DNA of 64,000 nt from contig JAAYTF010000070.1 of assembly GCA_012518125.1 (NCBI GenBank), positions 1,673 through 65,672 of the forward strand, read 5' to 3'. Made by a program: the position numbers and the translations under genes. The notes under the pieces were generated by a model. It was given only the letters and a program-made list of their open reading frames with translations. It was not told the origin of the DNA and did not search any database. How positions within the stretch are numbered: position 1 is the stretch's first letter; every line of letters starts with the position of its first letter. This document shows positions 19,963 through 30,507 of this stretch, in pieces. Source of the stretch: Bacilli bacterium. Lineage in GTDB: Bacteria; Bacillota; Bacilli; Bacillales; Amphibacillaceae.

Positions 19963-22900
19963 TTATGATGATTTCACCAATTCGTCGGCTTCTTCCAATT
20001 TCACCGAGACGAACCTTGAAACGCCGGATTCCTGCATCGTCACACCGTATAATGCATCCGCTTGTTCCATCGTCCCTTTGCGGTGGCTAATGACGACAAA
20101 TTGGCTTTCTTTGCTGAAAGATTTCAAATATGACGCGAATCGCTCGACATTTGCCTCGTCCAATGCCGCATCCACTTCATCCAAAATGACGAAAGGGACA
20201 GGACGAGAACGTAAAATGGCGAACAACAACGCGATGGCCGTTAGCGCCCGTTCACCGCCCGACAACAATTCCAACGTTTTTAATTTTTTGCCCGGCGGCC
20301 GGGCGACGATGTCGATTCCCGTTTCCAAATAATTGTCCGGATCGGTGAGGATGAGTTCCGCGTCACCGCCGCCGAAAAGCTGTTTAAACACGATCGTGAA
20401 ATTTTCTTGGATCGTTTCAAACGTCGATTTAAAGCGGCTGATCATCTCTTCGTCCATTTGTTTGATCGCATTGTACAACGTATTTTTCGCTTCGATCAAA
20501 TCGTTCCGCTGATCATTCAAAAACGCCGCCCGTTCGCTTAAACGTTCATATTCATCGATTGCCCCCAAGTTCACGGTGCCGAGTTTATTGATTTCATTTT
20601 TCAACTCGTTCACTTCTTGGCGCACTTGTTTGGCGTTGGTCACTTTTTCGTACGTCGCCGCAGCTTTTTCATACGTCATCGTATATTGTTTTTGCAGCGT
20701 TTGCAGGCGGTTTTCCAACATGACATCCAACCGGTTCGCTTCAATTTCTTTTTCTTGCAGCAAGGCTTGTTGTTGGTCGAATAGTTTCCGTTGTGTCGTT
20801 GCCTCGCGTTCATCATCTTCAATTTCTTGCAGCTTCATCTTCCTTAAGCGTTGCAATTCGGCGATCCGGTCGGTCAAGTCGATTCGTTCGCTGCGGAGTG
20901 CTTCGATCTTTTCTTCCATCTCTTCGATCTTTTCCATCTGATTTTCGAATTCGTCGATTTGCCGCAAATTTTCTTCTGTTTCTGCCAATTTTCGTTTTAA
21001 ACTGTTTCGAGCGTCTATTAATGAAGCCACCTTTTCTTCCTGGTTTTTCAAACGTTCTTTCTGCTTTGCATTTTTCAGTTCCAGTTCGTGCAATTTTTTC
21101 CGGTTTTGTTCTTCGTTTTGCTGAAGTATATTTTTTTCGTTCGTCTTCTCTTCGATCTTTCTTTCCACGGCTTTAATCTCTTGTTCGATCTTTTCTAATT
21201 GCGAACGGTTTTCCGCCAATTGTTTCGTTAAGGATGCTTGCTCTTCTTCATATTCATGTTTTTGAAATTCGTATGCGTTGATGCGATCGGCATATGATTG
21301 TGCTTTTACGTCATGTTCGCTTTTTGCATTAAGCAGTTTTTGCAAAGCCAACTCTTCTTGTTTTAACGACTCGGTCGTCTTTGCAATTTCAAGTTTTAAT
21401 TGTTTCAGCTGATTGTTATCATTCGTCCATTCGCGCTTCAATTGAGAGAGGTCTTTCGCATAACGTTCGATTTGGACCGCAAGCTCGTGCAACTCTTTTT
21501 CGCGAGTGAACAAAGAGACGTTTTTCTTACGTTGTGCTCCTCCCGATATGGAACCGCCAGGATGGACGACATCGCCTTCCAACGTGACGATGCGGTATTT
21601 CCGCTCGGTCAACTCGGCGATGCGATTGGCCGTATCCAACGTTTCCGCAACGATGACATTGCCCATCAAATGGTCAGCGACGATTTTATATTGTGCATCG
21701 ATTTTTACGAGTTCACTGGCAATGCCAACAAACCCAGGCTCGTTTTCGACTGTGCGCCGTATCGGCACCGGCAATTGTCGCGGGACGATCGATTGAAGCG
21801 GGAGGAACGTCGCCCGGCCTTTCTTTTCTTTTTTCAACCAATAAATGATGTTTCGTGCCGTTTCATCGTCCGGGACGACGATATACTGGGCTTGAAACCC
21901 TAAAATCGTATCGACTGCGGTCATGTACTTTGCCGGGACGTCAATCAAATCGATCACTGCACCGACGATATTTTTTAGCACGCCTTTTTTACCCGCTTGC
22001 AAAATCTCTTTTACGCCATATGCAAATCCTTGATAATTTTTCTTCATTTCAAGGAGCATTTCTTTACGTGAAGACAGTTTCGCTACATGTTCGTTCCACT
22101 CATACCATTTGCGTTGCTTTAAAGCGATGGCTTCCTCTAACGTTTCCATGTTTACGTTTAAATCGTTTAATTGCCGCTCAAGTTCACGAATCGTCTTCCT
22201 TTTCCGTTCAATCGCCGTTTGGATCGTCTCGTTCTCTTGATGGATTTTTTCGACTTGTTCGATTAAACCGCGATGCTCCATTTCATGTTGTTCATAAGAT
22301 CGTTTTATTTGTTCCAATCGTGCTTCGATCGATTTTTGTTCATTGTTCAACACTGCCCGGCCGTTTAACAAATCGATATAATCCGTTTTTAACGCTTCGA
22401 TTTCTTCTTCCATTTTTTCAGACGTAAGCGACAATTTGTTTTCAAGCACCTTTATTTCGTTTTTCAATTGTTGCAATCGTTTTGTGATGTCGGCCAACTG
22501 TCCGTTTTCGAACGAAATGCGTTTTTCCGTTTCGTCCAATTCGTTCATGATCGCTTCTTTTTCTTCTAGCAGATGATGTTTGTTTTCTTCGCGGTGCTTT
22601 TGTTGTTCAATTAAGACGTTGCGCTTCCCTTCCGTCTGTTCGAGCGTCTCCGTCACTTCCAACAGGCGTTGTTGCAGTTCGTTGATGTCTGATTCCAGCA
22701 CTTTCGATTCATTCCGTTTTTTTTCAACTGCGGCATTTAGCTGTTGGATCGACGTTTGCTGTTGTAATTGCGCTAATTTCTCATTTTCGATCTCTTGTAA
22801 CAAATCCGTCCACTTTTCATGTAGTTCATCGATTTCCGTCACAAGCAGACTGACTTCTTTTTCCGTCAACCGTTTTTTAAGCGCCTTATATTGTTTGGCG

Positions 22901-23532
22901 ATGTCGGACTGTATTTTCAACGGTTCAAGTTGTTGTTCGATTTCATGGATGATGTCTTCCACACGGGACAAATTGTCTTCCGTTTCTTTCAATTTAAACG
23001 CCGCTTCTTCTTTCCGTTTTTTATAGCGCATGACGCCGGCCGCTTCATCGAAGACGGCACGCCGTTCGTCCGCTTTTGAACTGAGAATTTCATCGATTTT
23101 CCCTTGACCAATGATGGAAAAAGATTCTCTCCCCAATCCGGTGTCGGTGAACAGATCGACGATGTCTTTCAAGCGACACGGTTGTTTGTTGATGAAAAAT
23201 TCGCTTTCGCCTGAACGATACACCCTCCTCGTAACGGTCACTTCTTGATATTCAATCGGCAATAAACCGTTCTCGTTGTTTAAGACGAGGGTCACTTCCG
23301 CAAAATTGAGCGGTTTTCTCGTATCGCTCCCTTGGAAGATGATATCTTCCATTTTTTGGCCGCGCAACGATTTGGCCGATTGTTCCCCCAACACCCAACG
23401 GACAGCGTCGATGACGTTGCTTTTTCCGCTGCCGTTTGGGCCGACGATCGCCGTGATGCCTGGCACGAATTCGACGCTCACTCGTTCAGCGAATGATTTG
23501 AATCCGATTGTTTCAAGACGTTTTAAAAACAT
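19963..23532 (-). CDS. smc: Chromosome partition protein Smc
   Basis: MFLKRLETIGFKSFAERVSVEFVPGITAIVGPNGSGKSN (Walker A). Long coiled coils flank a central hinge (...GVKEILQAGKKG...). The C-terminus carries LSGGERALTAIALLFAI...FVILDEVDAALD. An AAGGAGAAGGAG SD precedes the ATG at 23532. Confidence 0.97.
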   Translation of the reverse strand: MFLKRLETIGFKSFAERVSVEFVPGITAIVGPNGSGKSNVIDAVRWVLGEQSAKSLRGQKMEDIIFQGSDTRKPLNFAEVTLVLNNENGLLPIEYQEVTVTRRVYRSGESEFFINKQPCRLKDIVDLFTDTGLGRESFSIIGQGKIDEILSSKADERRAVFDEAAGVMRYKKRKEEAAFKLKETEDNLSRVEDIIHEIEQQLEPLKIQSDIAKQYKALKKRLTEKEVSLLVTEIDELHEKWTDLLQEIENEKLAQLQQQTSIQQLNAAVEKKRNESKVLESDINELQQRLLEVTETLEQTEGKRNVLIEQQKHREENKHHLLEEKEAIMNELDETEKRISFENGQLADITKRLQQLKNEIKVLENKLSLTSEKMEEEIEALKTDYIDLLNGRAVLNNEQKSIEARLEQIKRSYEQHEMEHRGLIEQVEKIHQENETIQTAIERKRKTIRELERQLNDLNVNMETLEEAIALKQRKWYEWNEHVAKLSSRKEMLLEMKKNYQGFAYGVKEILQAGKKGVLKNIVGAVIDLIDVPAKYMTAVDTILGFQAQYIVVPDDETARNIIYWLKKEKKGRATFLPLQSIVPRQLPVPIRRTVENEPGFVGIASELVKIDAQYKIVADHLMGNVIVAETLDTANRIAELTERKYRIVTLEGDVVHPGGSISGGAQRKKNVSLFTREKELHELAVQIERYAKDLSQLKREWTNDNNQLKQLKLEIAKTTESLKQEELALQKLLNAKSEHDVKAQSYADRINAYEFQKHEYEEEQASLTKQLAENRSQLEKIEQEIKAVERKIEEKTNEKNILQQNEEQNRKKLHELELKNAKQKERLKNQEEKVASLIDARNSLKRKLAETEENLRQIDEFENQMEKIEEMEEKIEALRSERIDLTDRIAELQRLRKMKLQEIEDDEREATTQRKLFDQQQALLQEKEIEANRLDVMLENRLQTLQKQYTMTYEKAAATYEKVTNAKQVRQEVNELKNEINKLGTVNLGAIDEYERLSERAAFLNDQRNDLIEAKNTLYNAIKQMDEEMISRFKSTFETIQENFTIVFKQLFGGGDAELILTDPDNYLETGIDIVARPPGKKLKTLELLSGGERALTAIALLFAILRSRPVPFVILDEVDAALDEANVERFASYLKSFSKESQFVVISHRKGTMEQADALYGVTMQESGVSRFVSVKLEEADELVKSS

Positions 23533-23638
23533 GCTCCTTCTCCTTATATGCAAAATGTAAAAGTTGCCTTATCGGTTGTCATGATCGTCTTTTCATTGTA
23601 CACTACAATTTATAAAAGTACGATAGGAAGGTAGTGTG

Positions 23639-23869
23639 ATGACAATCGATTTACAAGTTGCTTCACGAGAAAACCTGCTTTTTATATTGGACAAAATGGC
23701 CGAAAAATTGGCCGCGGCGAACCGGCTCATTTTCGATGAGAAGTTTTACTCGCTCGATCAATACGATGATTTGAAATTCTTATATGATCATATCATGAAA
23801 TTCGATAAATTGAGCGCTGCGGAAGTCGAAGCGTTCGTCAATGAACTGCAATTAATTCGCAAAAAGTAG
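23639..23869 (+). CDS. Small helical protein resembling the DUF1128/UPF0435 (YfkK-like) family
   Basis: 76 aa. A GGAAGG SD lies 9 nt before the ATG at 23639. A TTGTCA-17-TACACT promoter-like element lies upstream. The pattern ...ENLLFILDKMAEKL...YDDLKFLYDHIMKFDKLSAAEVEAFVNELQLIRK matches my recollection of UPF0435 proteins. This is not verified by search. Confidence 0.6.
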   Translation: MTIDLQVASRENLLFILDKMAEKLAAANRLIFDEKFYSLDQYDDLKFLYDHIMKFDKLSAAEVEAFVNELQLIRKK

Positions 23870-23896
23870 ACGCTCTGGGGCGGAATGAAAACCGCG

Positions 23897-24589
23897 TTAA
23901 GCAAATTCTTGCAACAATTGTTCGTACATTTTTTTTGCGGCATTTTGCTCCGCCTCTTTTTTCGTTTTGCCGACCCCTGTCGCCTTCCTCGTTCCGTCGA
24001 CGACGACTTGTGCCTCAAATTGCTTCGCATGGGATGGCCCTTTTTCCGAAATGATTTCATAGACCAACGTCGCTTTTAACTTCTCTTGGATGAACTCTTG
24101 TAGCGCCGTTTTGTAATCCATCATATGTAAAAGAACATCATCGGTAAGATGAAGAAAGACGAATTTCTCCAAAAATTGCCGCACGGCTTGAATCCCTTGG
24201 TCGATATACATCGCTCCCAAAAACGCTTCAAACACATCGGCAAGGAGCGATTGTCTCGTTCTTCCGCCCGACTGCTCTTCACCTTTGCCGAGCAAAATGA
24301 ATTCATGCAAATTCAATTGGAGCGCAAATTTCGACAACGATTCTTCACAGACGATTCTGGCGCGCAGCTTCGTCAATTCCCCTTCAGGGAGCTGTACGTA
24401 TTTGTGATAAAGGTAATCCGACACTAACAGTTCCAACACCGCATCGCCCAAAAACTCCAACCGTTCGTTGTCTTGCAAATGCTCTTTTTGATGTTCGTTT
24501 ACATACGATGAATGTGTGAAGGCTTGTTTTAAAATATCTTTATTTTGAAACGTAACGGAAAACATCTCTTCCAGTTTTGAAACATCCAT
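23897..24589 (-). CDS. rnc: Ribonuclease III
   Basis: FTHSSYVNEH...NERLEFLGDAVLEL (RNase III signature). The C-terminus is a dsRBD (...GPSHAKQFEAQVVVDG...GVGKTKKEAEQNAAKK). An AAGGAAAGGAA SD precedes the ATG at 24589. Confidence 0.95.
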   Translation of the reverse strand: MDVSKLEEMFSVTFQNKDILKQAFTHSSYVNEHQKEHLQDNERLEFLGDAVLELLVSDYLYHKYVQLPEGELTKLRARIVCEESLSKFALQLNLHEFILLGKGEEQSGGRTRQSLLADVFEAFLGAMYIDQGIQAVRQFLEKFVFLHLTDDVLLHMMDYKTALQEFIQEKLKATLVYEIISEKGPSHAKQFEAQVVVDGTRKATGVGKTKKEAEQNAAKKMYEQLLQEFA

Positions 24590-24693
24590 ATGGCAATTCC
24601 TTTCCTTATGAAAATGAAAAGCCCCGCGTCGGAGGCGAGACTTATCCATGTAGGTGCATCTATATTTATTATGTACACTACACCGGTGTAAAT

Positions 24694-24927
24694 TTATAGA
24701 TTTTCTTCTATATATTTAACCGCATCGCCGACCGTGTTGATTTTTTCTGCTTCTTCATCGGCAATTTCCAAACCAAATTCATCTTCAAGCTCCATGACGA
24801 GTTCAACGACATCCAATGAGTCAGCTTCCAAATCTTCACGGAAAGAAGCTTCCATTGTCACTTTGTCTTCTTCAACGTCAAGCTGCTCAACGATGATCGC
24901 TTTGACGCGCTCGAATACATCTGACAT
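24694..24927 (-). CDS. acpP: Acyl carrier protein
   Basis: [18 protein letters not shown]...[20 protein letters not shown] (phosphopantetheine Ser in the DSLD motif). Confidence 0.97.
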   Translation of the reverse strand: MSDVFERVKAIIVEQLDVEEDKVTMEASFREDLEADSLDVVELVMELEDEFGLEIADEEAEKINTVGDAVKYIEENL

Positions 24928-24999
24928 TCGTTTCACCCCCTCTCAAGTAGTATAAATTATTGTATGATGAATTACTAGTTTTACTATGTGAAAATATTG

Positions 25000-25746
25000 T
25001 TACGACATGACCATGCCGCCGTCGACGTGAATCGTTTGGCCGGTAATGTATTTCGCTTTGTCGGAGGCCAAAAAGCCCACGACGTTAGCGACGTCTTCCG
25101 GTTCGCCGAACCTTTCAAGCGGAATCAATCGGAAAATCGCTTCTTTTTGTTCATCGGTTAATTCATCCGTCATGTCGGTCGTGATGAACCCTGGAGCGAC
25201 GGCGTTCACTAAAATGTTGCGTGAAGCCAATTCTTTCGCGTTTGACTTGGTCAATCCGATGAGTCCGGCTTTGGCGGCGACATAATTTGCTTGTCCAGGG
25301 TTGCCGCTTATGCCGACGATCGATGCGATGTTGATGATTCTGCCGTATTTTTGGCGCATCATTTGACGCACGACCGCTTTCGTGCATAAAAACGCGCCTT
25401 TCAAATTCGTATTGATCACTTCATCAAACTCTTCTTCTTTCATGCGCATCAACAAATTGTCGCGCGTAATGCCGGCGTTGTTCACCAAAATTTCCAATGA
25501 ACCGAACGTTTGTATGACTTCTTTGACCATTTTTTTTACGGCGTCTTCGTCGGTGACATCCGCTTGAATTTTGATCGCTTGCACACCCATTTTTTCCAGT
25601 TCATCGACGACTTCCTGGGCTTTCGCTTCATTGCCGGCGTAATTCACCGCAACATTCGCACCAAGACGGCCCAATTCGAGAGCGATCGCTCTGCCGATGC
25701 CCCGGGACGATCCGGTCACTAACGCATTTTTCCCTTTCAATAACAT
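25000..25746 (-). CDS. fabG: 3-oxoacyl-ACP reductase
   Basis: [20 protein letters not shown]...NNAGI...YVAAKAG SDR motifs. An AAGGAGGAA SD precedes the ATG at 25746. Confidence 0.95.
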   Translation of the reverse strand: MLLKGKNALVTGSSRGIGRAIALELGRLGANVAVNYAGNEAKAQEVVDELEKMGVQAIKIQADVTDEDAVKKMVKEVIQTFGSLEILVNNAGITRDNLLMRMKEEEFDEVINTNLKGAFLCTKAVVRQMMRQKYGRIINIASIVGISGNPGQANYVAAKAGLIGLTKSNAKELASRNILVNAVAPGFITTDMTDELTDEQKEAIFRLIPLERFGEPEDVANVVGFLASDKAKYITGQTIHVDGGMVMS

Positions 25747-25749
25747 CAC

Positions 25750-26688
25750 TTATTCCTCCTTGTACCAAGCTAAAAAGTCTGCCAACGATTTTTCGTCTTG
25801 GACGGCGAATGTTTTCACTTTACGATCGATTTTGCGCACTAGCCCAGACAATACCGTCCCCGTGCCGACCTCGACGAACGCATCGACACCCGCTTCCATC
25901 ATGTTGCGGATCGACGCTTCAAAGCGAACCGGCGAATACAGTTGTTTGACCAATAAATCTTTGATTTCGTCTTTATCTTGCACCGGTTGGGCGGTGACGT
26001 TGGCATATACCGGGATCTTTGCATCTTCGATCGCCGTTTCATTCAAATGCGTTTGAAACGCTTCATTCGCTTGCTTCATCAAGCGGGAATGAAACGGACC
26101 ACTTACATTTAATGGGATGACCCGTCTAGCACCTGCTTCTTTCAAAAGCTCGGAAGCTTGTTCGACGCCTTTGCGCGAACCGGAGATGACGATTTGACCT
26201 GGGCAGTTCAAGTTGGCGATGTCGACGACTTCCGATTCATCGACCCGTTTGATGACGTCGGCAATCGCTTCTTCCGTCATCCCTAATACGGCCGCCATCG
26301 TCCCTTTTCCTTTCGGATACGCTTGTTCCATCAAACGGCCGCGCGTCTGCACGAGCGGGAGCGCCTCTTCGACTTTGATCGCCCCTGCAGCCACAAGCGC
26401 ACTATATTCGCCGAGGCTGTGGCCGACGACCATCGCCGGGACGACCCCTTCTTTTTTCAACAACGTGAAAGCGGCGATGGAGGAAAGGAGCAGTGCAGGC
26501 TGCGCATTTTCCGTTTCGGTCAACACTTCTTGCGGACCGTTGAACATGATATGTTGCAAATCTTTTTCCAGCACTTCATTCGCCAATCGATACAGATCCT
26601 GGATTTCCGGATGATGGTCGTAAAATTCCTTTCCCATGCCGACTACTTGCGACCCTTGTCCAGGAAACATGCATGCAATTCGTTTCAT
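25750..26688 (-). CDS. fabD: Malonyl CoA-ACP transacylase
   Basis: MKRIACMFPGQGSQ...GHSLGEYSAL. The start lies within TAATGATG at the plsX stop. The ATG at 26688 has the better spacing from GAGGAGG. Confidence 0.95.
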   Translation of the reverse strand: MKRIACMFPGQGSQVVGMGKEFYDHHPEIQDLYRLANEVLEKDLQHIMFNGPQEVLTETENAQPALLLSSIAAFTLLKKEGVVPAMVVGHSLGEYSALVAAGAIKVEEALPLVQTRGRLMEQAYPKGKGTMAAVLGMTEEAIADVIKRVDESEVVDIANLNCPGQIVISGSRKGVEQASELLKEAGARRVIPLNVSGPFHSRLMKQANEAFQTHLNETAIEDAKIPVYANVTAQPVQDKDEIKDLLVKQLYSPVRFEASIRNMMEAGVDAFVEVGTGTVLSGLVRKIDRKVKTFAVQDEKSLADFLAWYKEE

Positions 26689-26690
26689 CA

Positions 26691-27692
26691 TTACGCCTCC
26701 TCGATCAAATTGAGCGACTTGATCGTCCGTTCGATCGTTCCGATCACGTCGTTTTCGATAATGTTGCAAGCTTGGTTAATCGTATGGTAAATGGCGGTGG
26801 CGTTCGATGAGCCGTGCGATTTGATGACCGGTGCACGCAAACCGAAGAGCGCCGCGCCGCCGTATTCCGGATAATGAAGCTGCTTTTTCAACGATTGCAA
26901 TTCTTTCTTCATCAAACCGGCCAACACTTTCGTCTTCAAGGAAGACATGAACGTCTCTTTTAAGATATTCATGACGTGAAGCGCGGTCCCTTCGATCGCT
27001 TTCAGCGTAATATTGCCGCTGAATCCGTCGGTGACGACGACATCGACGATGCCCGCCATCAAATCCCGGGCTTCCACGTTCCCGACGAAATTGACCGGCG
27101 CATTTTCCAACAGCTTGAATGCTTTCTTCGCCACCAAGTTCCCTTTTCCCTCTTCGGTACCGACATTTAATAAACCGACGGTCGGATTTGGGATGTTGCG
27201 CACTTTTTCACTATAAACGGAGCCCATGATGGCATATTGCACCAAATGGTGCGCATTCACATCGACATTGGCCCCGGCATCCAACAGTAAGAAACCTTTG
27301 CCGTTCGTCGTCGGCAACGTCGGGCTCAAGGCCGGCCGATCGATCCCCTTCATGCGCCCGACGATAAACAGCCCCGCGACGACGAGCGCACCAGTGTTGC
27401 CAGCTGAAATGCAAGCTTCGGCCCGTTTTTCTTTCACTTCGTTTGCCGTCAATACGAGCGATGCGTTCTTTTTGCGACGGACGGAACGGATCGGATCTTC
27501 ATCGCCACGGATCACTTCATCAGTATGAATGATGGACACTCGTTCGTTTGACGTAATGAGCGGTTCAATTTGTTTACGATCGCCGACTAAAACGAGCTCC
27601 AAATCTTTTCGGTCTTCCAACGCTTTCATGGCACCTTCGACAACGGCTTTCGGTGCATGATCTCCACCCATAGCATCAATCGCGATTTTCAT
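26691..27692 (-). CDS. plsX: Phosphate acyltransferase PlsX
   Basis: [21 protein letters not shown]...DAGAN... Its position between fapR and fabD matches B. subtilis. Confidence 0.96.
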   Translation of the reverse strand: MKIAIDAMGGDHAPKAVVEGAMKALEDRKDLELVLVGDRKQIEPLITSNERVSIIHTDEVIRGDEDPIRSVRRKKNASLVLTANEVKEKRAEACISAGNTGALVVAGLFIVGRMKGIDRPALSPTLPTTNGKGFLLLDAGANVDVNAHHLVQYAIMGSVYSEKVRNIPNPTVGLLNVGTEEGKGNLVAKKAFKLLENAPVNFVGNVEARDLMAGIVDVVVTDGFSGNITLKAIEGTALHVMNILKETFMSSLKTKVLAGLMKKELQSLKKQLHYPEYGGAALFGLRAPVIKSHGSSNATAIYHTINQACNIIENDVIGTIERTIKSLNLIEEA

Positions 27693-28267
27693 TCGTCTTT
27701 CTCCTTTGTTTTACTTGAACGATACATATGAAACATACCGGAAAATACTTTTTCGTTTTTGACGAAACTATCGACTTGGATGACGGTGGTTCCGTCTTCA
27801 ATCCGGTCGATGACTTTCGCTTTTGCCACCACTTGTTCGCCGAGTTTCACTTGGCGCATGAATTTGATTTCCGCCTTCTTCGTCAACGCCAAGTCGTCAT
27901 CGATGACAGCGACGGCTAGCGAATTAGCCTGCGCAAACAAATGGTGTCCGCGCGCGATTTTATTCCGTGAAAAAACGTGTTCTTTTTGAATATTTAAAAT
28001 CGATATCGCCCGTTTGTCCAATTCCAAATCGATGATTTCACCGATCACTTCTTCTACCGGTAACGACTTTACCATTTCCTTCCATTTATCGGTCGCAACG
28101 GTTTTGATGCGTTCCCGCAATTCCGGAATCGCCAGTTCCAATCGATCGAGGCGGATCGTTTGCACACTGACATTGAACAGTTTCGCCAATTCTTCATCTT
28201 TGATAAAAGGCGATTCTTCAATTTTTTCTTTTAACAATTGTTGCCGTTCTGCCTTTTTTAAACGCAT
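27689..28267 (-). CDS. fapR: Fatty acid and phospholipid biosynthesis repressor FapR
   Basis: [55 protein letters not shown] is nearly colinear with B. subtilis FapR. The C-terminus is a hot-dog fold. An alternative ATG lies at 28282. Confidence 0.93.
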   Translation of the reverse strand: MRLKKAERQQLLKEKIEESPFIKDEELAKLFNVSVQTIRLDRLELAIPELRERIKTVATDKWKEMVKSLPVEEVIGEIIDLELDKRAISILNIQKEHVFSRNKIARGHHLFAQANSLAVAVIDDDLALTKKAEIKFMRQVKLGEQVVAKAKVIDRIEDGTTVIQVDSFVKNEKVFSGMFHMYRSSKTKEKDE

Positions 28268-28289
28268 ATTATCCACATCCATCGGGCTA

Positions 28290-28339
28290 TTAAGACTAGG
28301 TCATAAAAGTAATATATAATACCACCTGTAAAATTGCAA
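28290..28339 (-). promoter_or_regulatory. Putative fapR promoter with overlapping FapR operator
   Basis: The minus strand reads TTGCAA (28339-28334), a 17-nt spacer and TATATT (28316-28311). The imperfect inverted repeat TTATGAC-CTA-GTCTTAA (28306-28290) has the TTAnnAC-N3-GTnnTAA architecture of the known B. subtilis FapR box. Confidence 0.45.
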
Positions 28340-28367
28340 GTTATAATTGGAGGAAATGCGGCTGTCG

Positions 28368-30398
28368 TCAATCAAACGGTTCGGTCATCGTCTTGTCAAC
28401 CATCATTTTCAAATGTCGATAATCCGGATCGGTCTCCAACTTATGATGTGCGACGATGTCGATCGCGTCGCGGCGGGCGACTTCGAGCGCGCGGAAATCT
28501 TCGATCGGATCGGCGATTTTAAATTCGGGCAGACCGCTCTGCTTTTTGCCGAAAAAGTCCCCCGGGCCGCGCAATTTCAAATCAGCTTCAGCGAGGCGGA
28601 AACCGTCGTTCGTTTCCGCGATGATGCGCATACGCTCTTTACCCACTTCATTTTTCGGATCGGCGATCAAAATGCAGTAGGCTTGTTTGTCGCCGCGGCC
28701 GACACGTCCGCGCAATTGATGCAACTGGGCCAATCCGAACCGCTCCGCATCATGGATGACCATCACCGTGGCGTTTGGCACGTTGACGCCGACTTCGATG
28801 ACGGTCGTCGCGACTAACACTTGAATTTCATTTTTGACAAATTGTTTCATGATCGCTTCTTTTTCATCGTTTTTCAATTTTCCGTGCAACAAACCGACTT
28901 TGATCGAAGGTGGAAAATACGAAACGAGCTTGTTGTACAAATCGACGGCGTTTTCGTAGTCGAACGCTTCGGATTCCTCGATCAACGGTGATACGAAATA
29001 AGCTTGCTCGCCGGCAGACACTTTTTTCATGACGAAACGCAAAATCCGTTCCAAATAATGTTCATTGACGACGTACGTCAACACGCTTTTGCGCCCGCTC
29101 GGCATTTCGTCGATCGTAGATATGTCCAATTCGCCGAATGCGGTGATCGCAAGCGTCCGCGGTATCGGTGTCGCCGTCATGTGCAACACGTTTGGCGCTT
29201 CGCCCTTTTCAAACAGCAACCGGCGTTGTTCGACGCCGAAACGGTGCTGCTCATCGATGATGACAAGGCCCAATCGGTTGAATTTCACCTCTTCTTGAAT
29301 GAGCGAATGCGTTCCGATCACGATTTGTATCGAACCGTCTTTCAAACCGGACAAAATTTCTGCGCGTTTTTTTCCTTTGACGCTGCTCGTCAATAACGCG
29401 GCGTTGACCTCATCTCCTAGCAACGTTTTCATCGACGCAAAATGTTGTTCCGCCAAAATTTCCGTCGGAACCATTAGCGCCCCTTGATAACCGCTTGCCG
29501 CGACGCTGTATAAGCTGATCGCCGCCACCGCCGTCTTGCCTGAACCGACATCGCCTTGCAAGAGCCGGTACATTTGTTGTTCGGACGCAATATCCGCCAA
29601 AATTTCCTTCAAAGACCGCATTTGCGATTTCGTGAGCGTAAACGGCAACCGTTTGATGAATGCGTTCACTTTTTCTTTGGCGATCGGAATCGGTTCGGAT
29701 TTTCGCGCTTCTTTTTGCTGTTTTTTGTACGTGTGGATCTTTAGTTGATATAGCAGCAATTCTTCGTAAATGAAGCGGCGTTTCGCATGTTTCAAAGCGT
29801 TAATGTTTTCCGGGAAATGAATCGTCTTTAACGCCGTTTTGCGTTCAGGAAGTCGATACGCCGTCAAATATTTTTCCGGCAAAATCTCTTCGACGTGATC
29901 CGTGTACCTTTCCAGCGCCTCTTTCAACAACATCCGGAAACGGTTGTTCGTCAAATTCCCTTTTACGGAATATAACGCGTTTATTTCCTTCCTTGATTCC
30001 GGTTTTCCGAATTTGAATGAATGGACCGTCATTTGCAAACGATGCGCATCCCATTTCCCGGTCAACGTGATTGTCGCGCCGGTCGTCAAACGGTCCGTCG
30101 AATACAAACGGTGAAACATGACGACGCGGACGACCGCTTCATCCACCTTTACGTTAAAAACCGTGCGCCGCTTCCTTCCATACAACACTTGCGGTTCCGT
30201 GACAATCGTACCGACGATCGTCGCTTGTTCGCCGTGGACGAGCTCCCTGAGCGGTTTTATTTCTTGGATGTCGTAGCGGTAAGGAAAATAATACAACAAA
30301 TCTTCGATCGTATGGATGTTCATGAGCGCCAAATCTTCTTTCGTCTTTTTGCCGATCCCTTTTAAAACGTCGACCCGTTCGGACAACAATGCATTCAC
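28368..30398 (-). CDS. recG: ATP-dependent DNA helicase RecG
   Basis: 676 aa. The wedge domain is followed by helicase motifs (LLQGDVGSGKTAVA, DEQHRFG, ...ATPIPRTL...). The C-terminal TRG region is present. Confidence 0.96.
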   Translation of the reverse strand: MNALLSERVDVLKGIGKKTKEDLALMNIHTIEDLLYYFPYRYDIQEIKPLRELVHGEQATIVGTIVTEPQVLYGRKRRTVFNVKVDEAVVRVVMFHRLYSTDRLTTGATITLTGKWDAHRLQMTVHSFKFGKPESRKEINALYSVKGNLTNNRFRMLLKEALERYTDHVEEILPEKYLTAYRLPERKTALKTIHFPENINALKHAKRRFIYEELLLYQLKIHTYKKQQKEARKSEPIPIAKEKVNAFIKRLPFTLTKSQMRSLKEILADIASEQQMYRLLQGDVGSGKTAVAAISLYSVAASGYQGALMVPTEILAEQHFASMKTLLGDEVNAALLTSSVKGKKRAEILSGLKDGSIQIVIGTHSLIQEEVKFNRLGLVIIDEQHRFGVEQRRLLFEKGEAPNVLHMTATPIPRTLAITAFGELDISTIDEMPSGRKSVLTYVVNEHYLERILRFVMKKVSAGEQAYFVSPLIEESEAFDYENAVDLYNKLVSYFPPSIKVGLLHGKLKNDEKEAIMKQFVKNEIQVLVATTVIEVGVNVPNATVMVIHDAERFGLAQLHQLRGRVGRGDKQAYCILIADPKNEVGKERMRIIAETNDGFRLAEADLKLRGPGDFFGKKQSGLPEFKIADPIEDFRALEVARRDAIDIVAHHKLETDPDYRHLKMMVDKTMTEPFD

Positions 30399-30453
30399 TT
30401 CCTTTTGTCAAAACAGAACATTTCCGTTACAATATGTCGCGCTTCCATTATTA

Positions 30454-30497
30454 TACAAAAAAACAATGCCTATTATCATGCGACAATAAGCATTGTG
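30454..30497 (-). terminator. Intrinsic terminator after yloV
   Basis: On the minus strand, ACAATGCTTATT...AATAGGCATTGT forms a 12-bp stem with one G-U pair. It is followed by TTTTTTTG. Confidence 0.8.
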
Positions 30498-30507
30498 TAA
30501 AAAACGT

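Noticed and set aside
28269-28277. A perfect DnaA box, TTATCCACA, just upstream of the fapR start.
   Set aside because: It is a single 9-mer. About 0.5 occurrences are expected by chance in 64 kb counting both strands. There is no cluster and no AT-rich unwinding element typical of an origin or a DnaA-regulated promoter.
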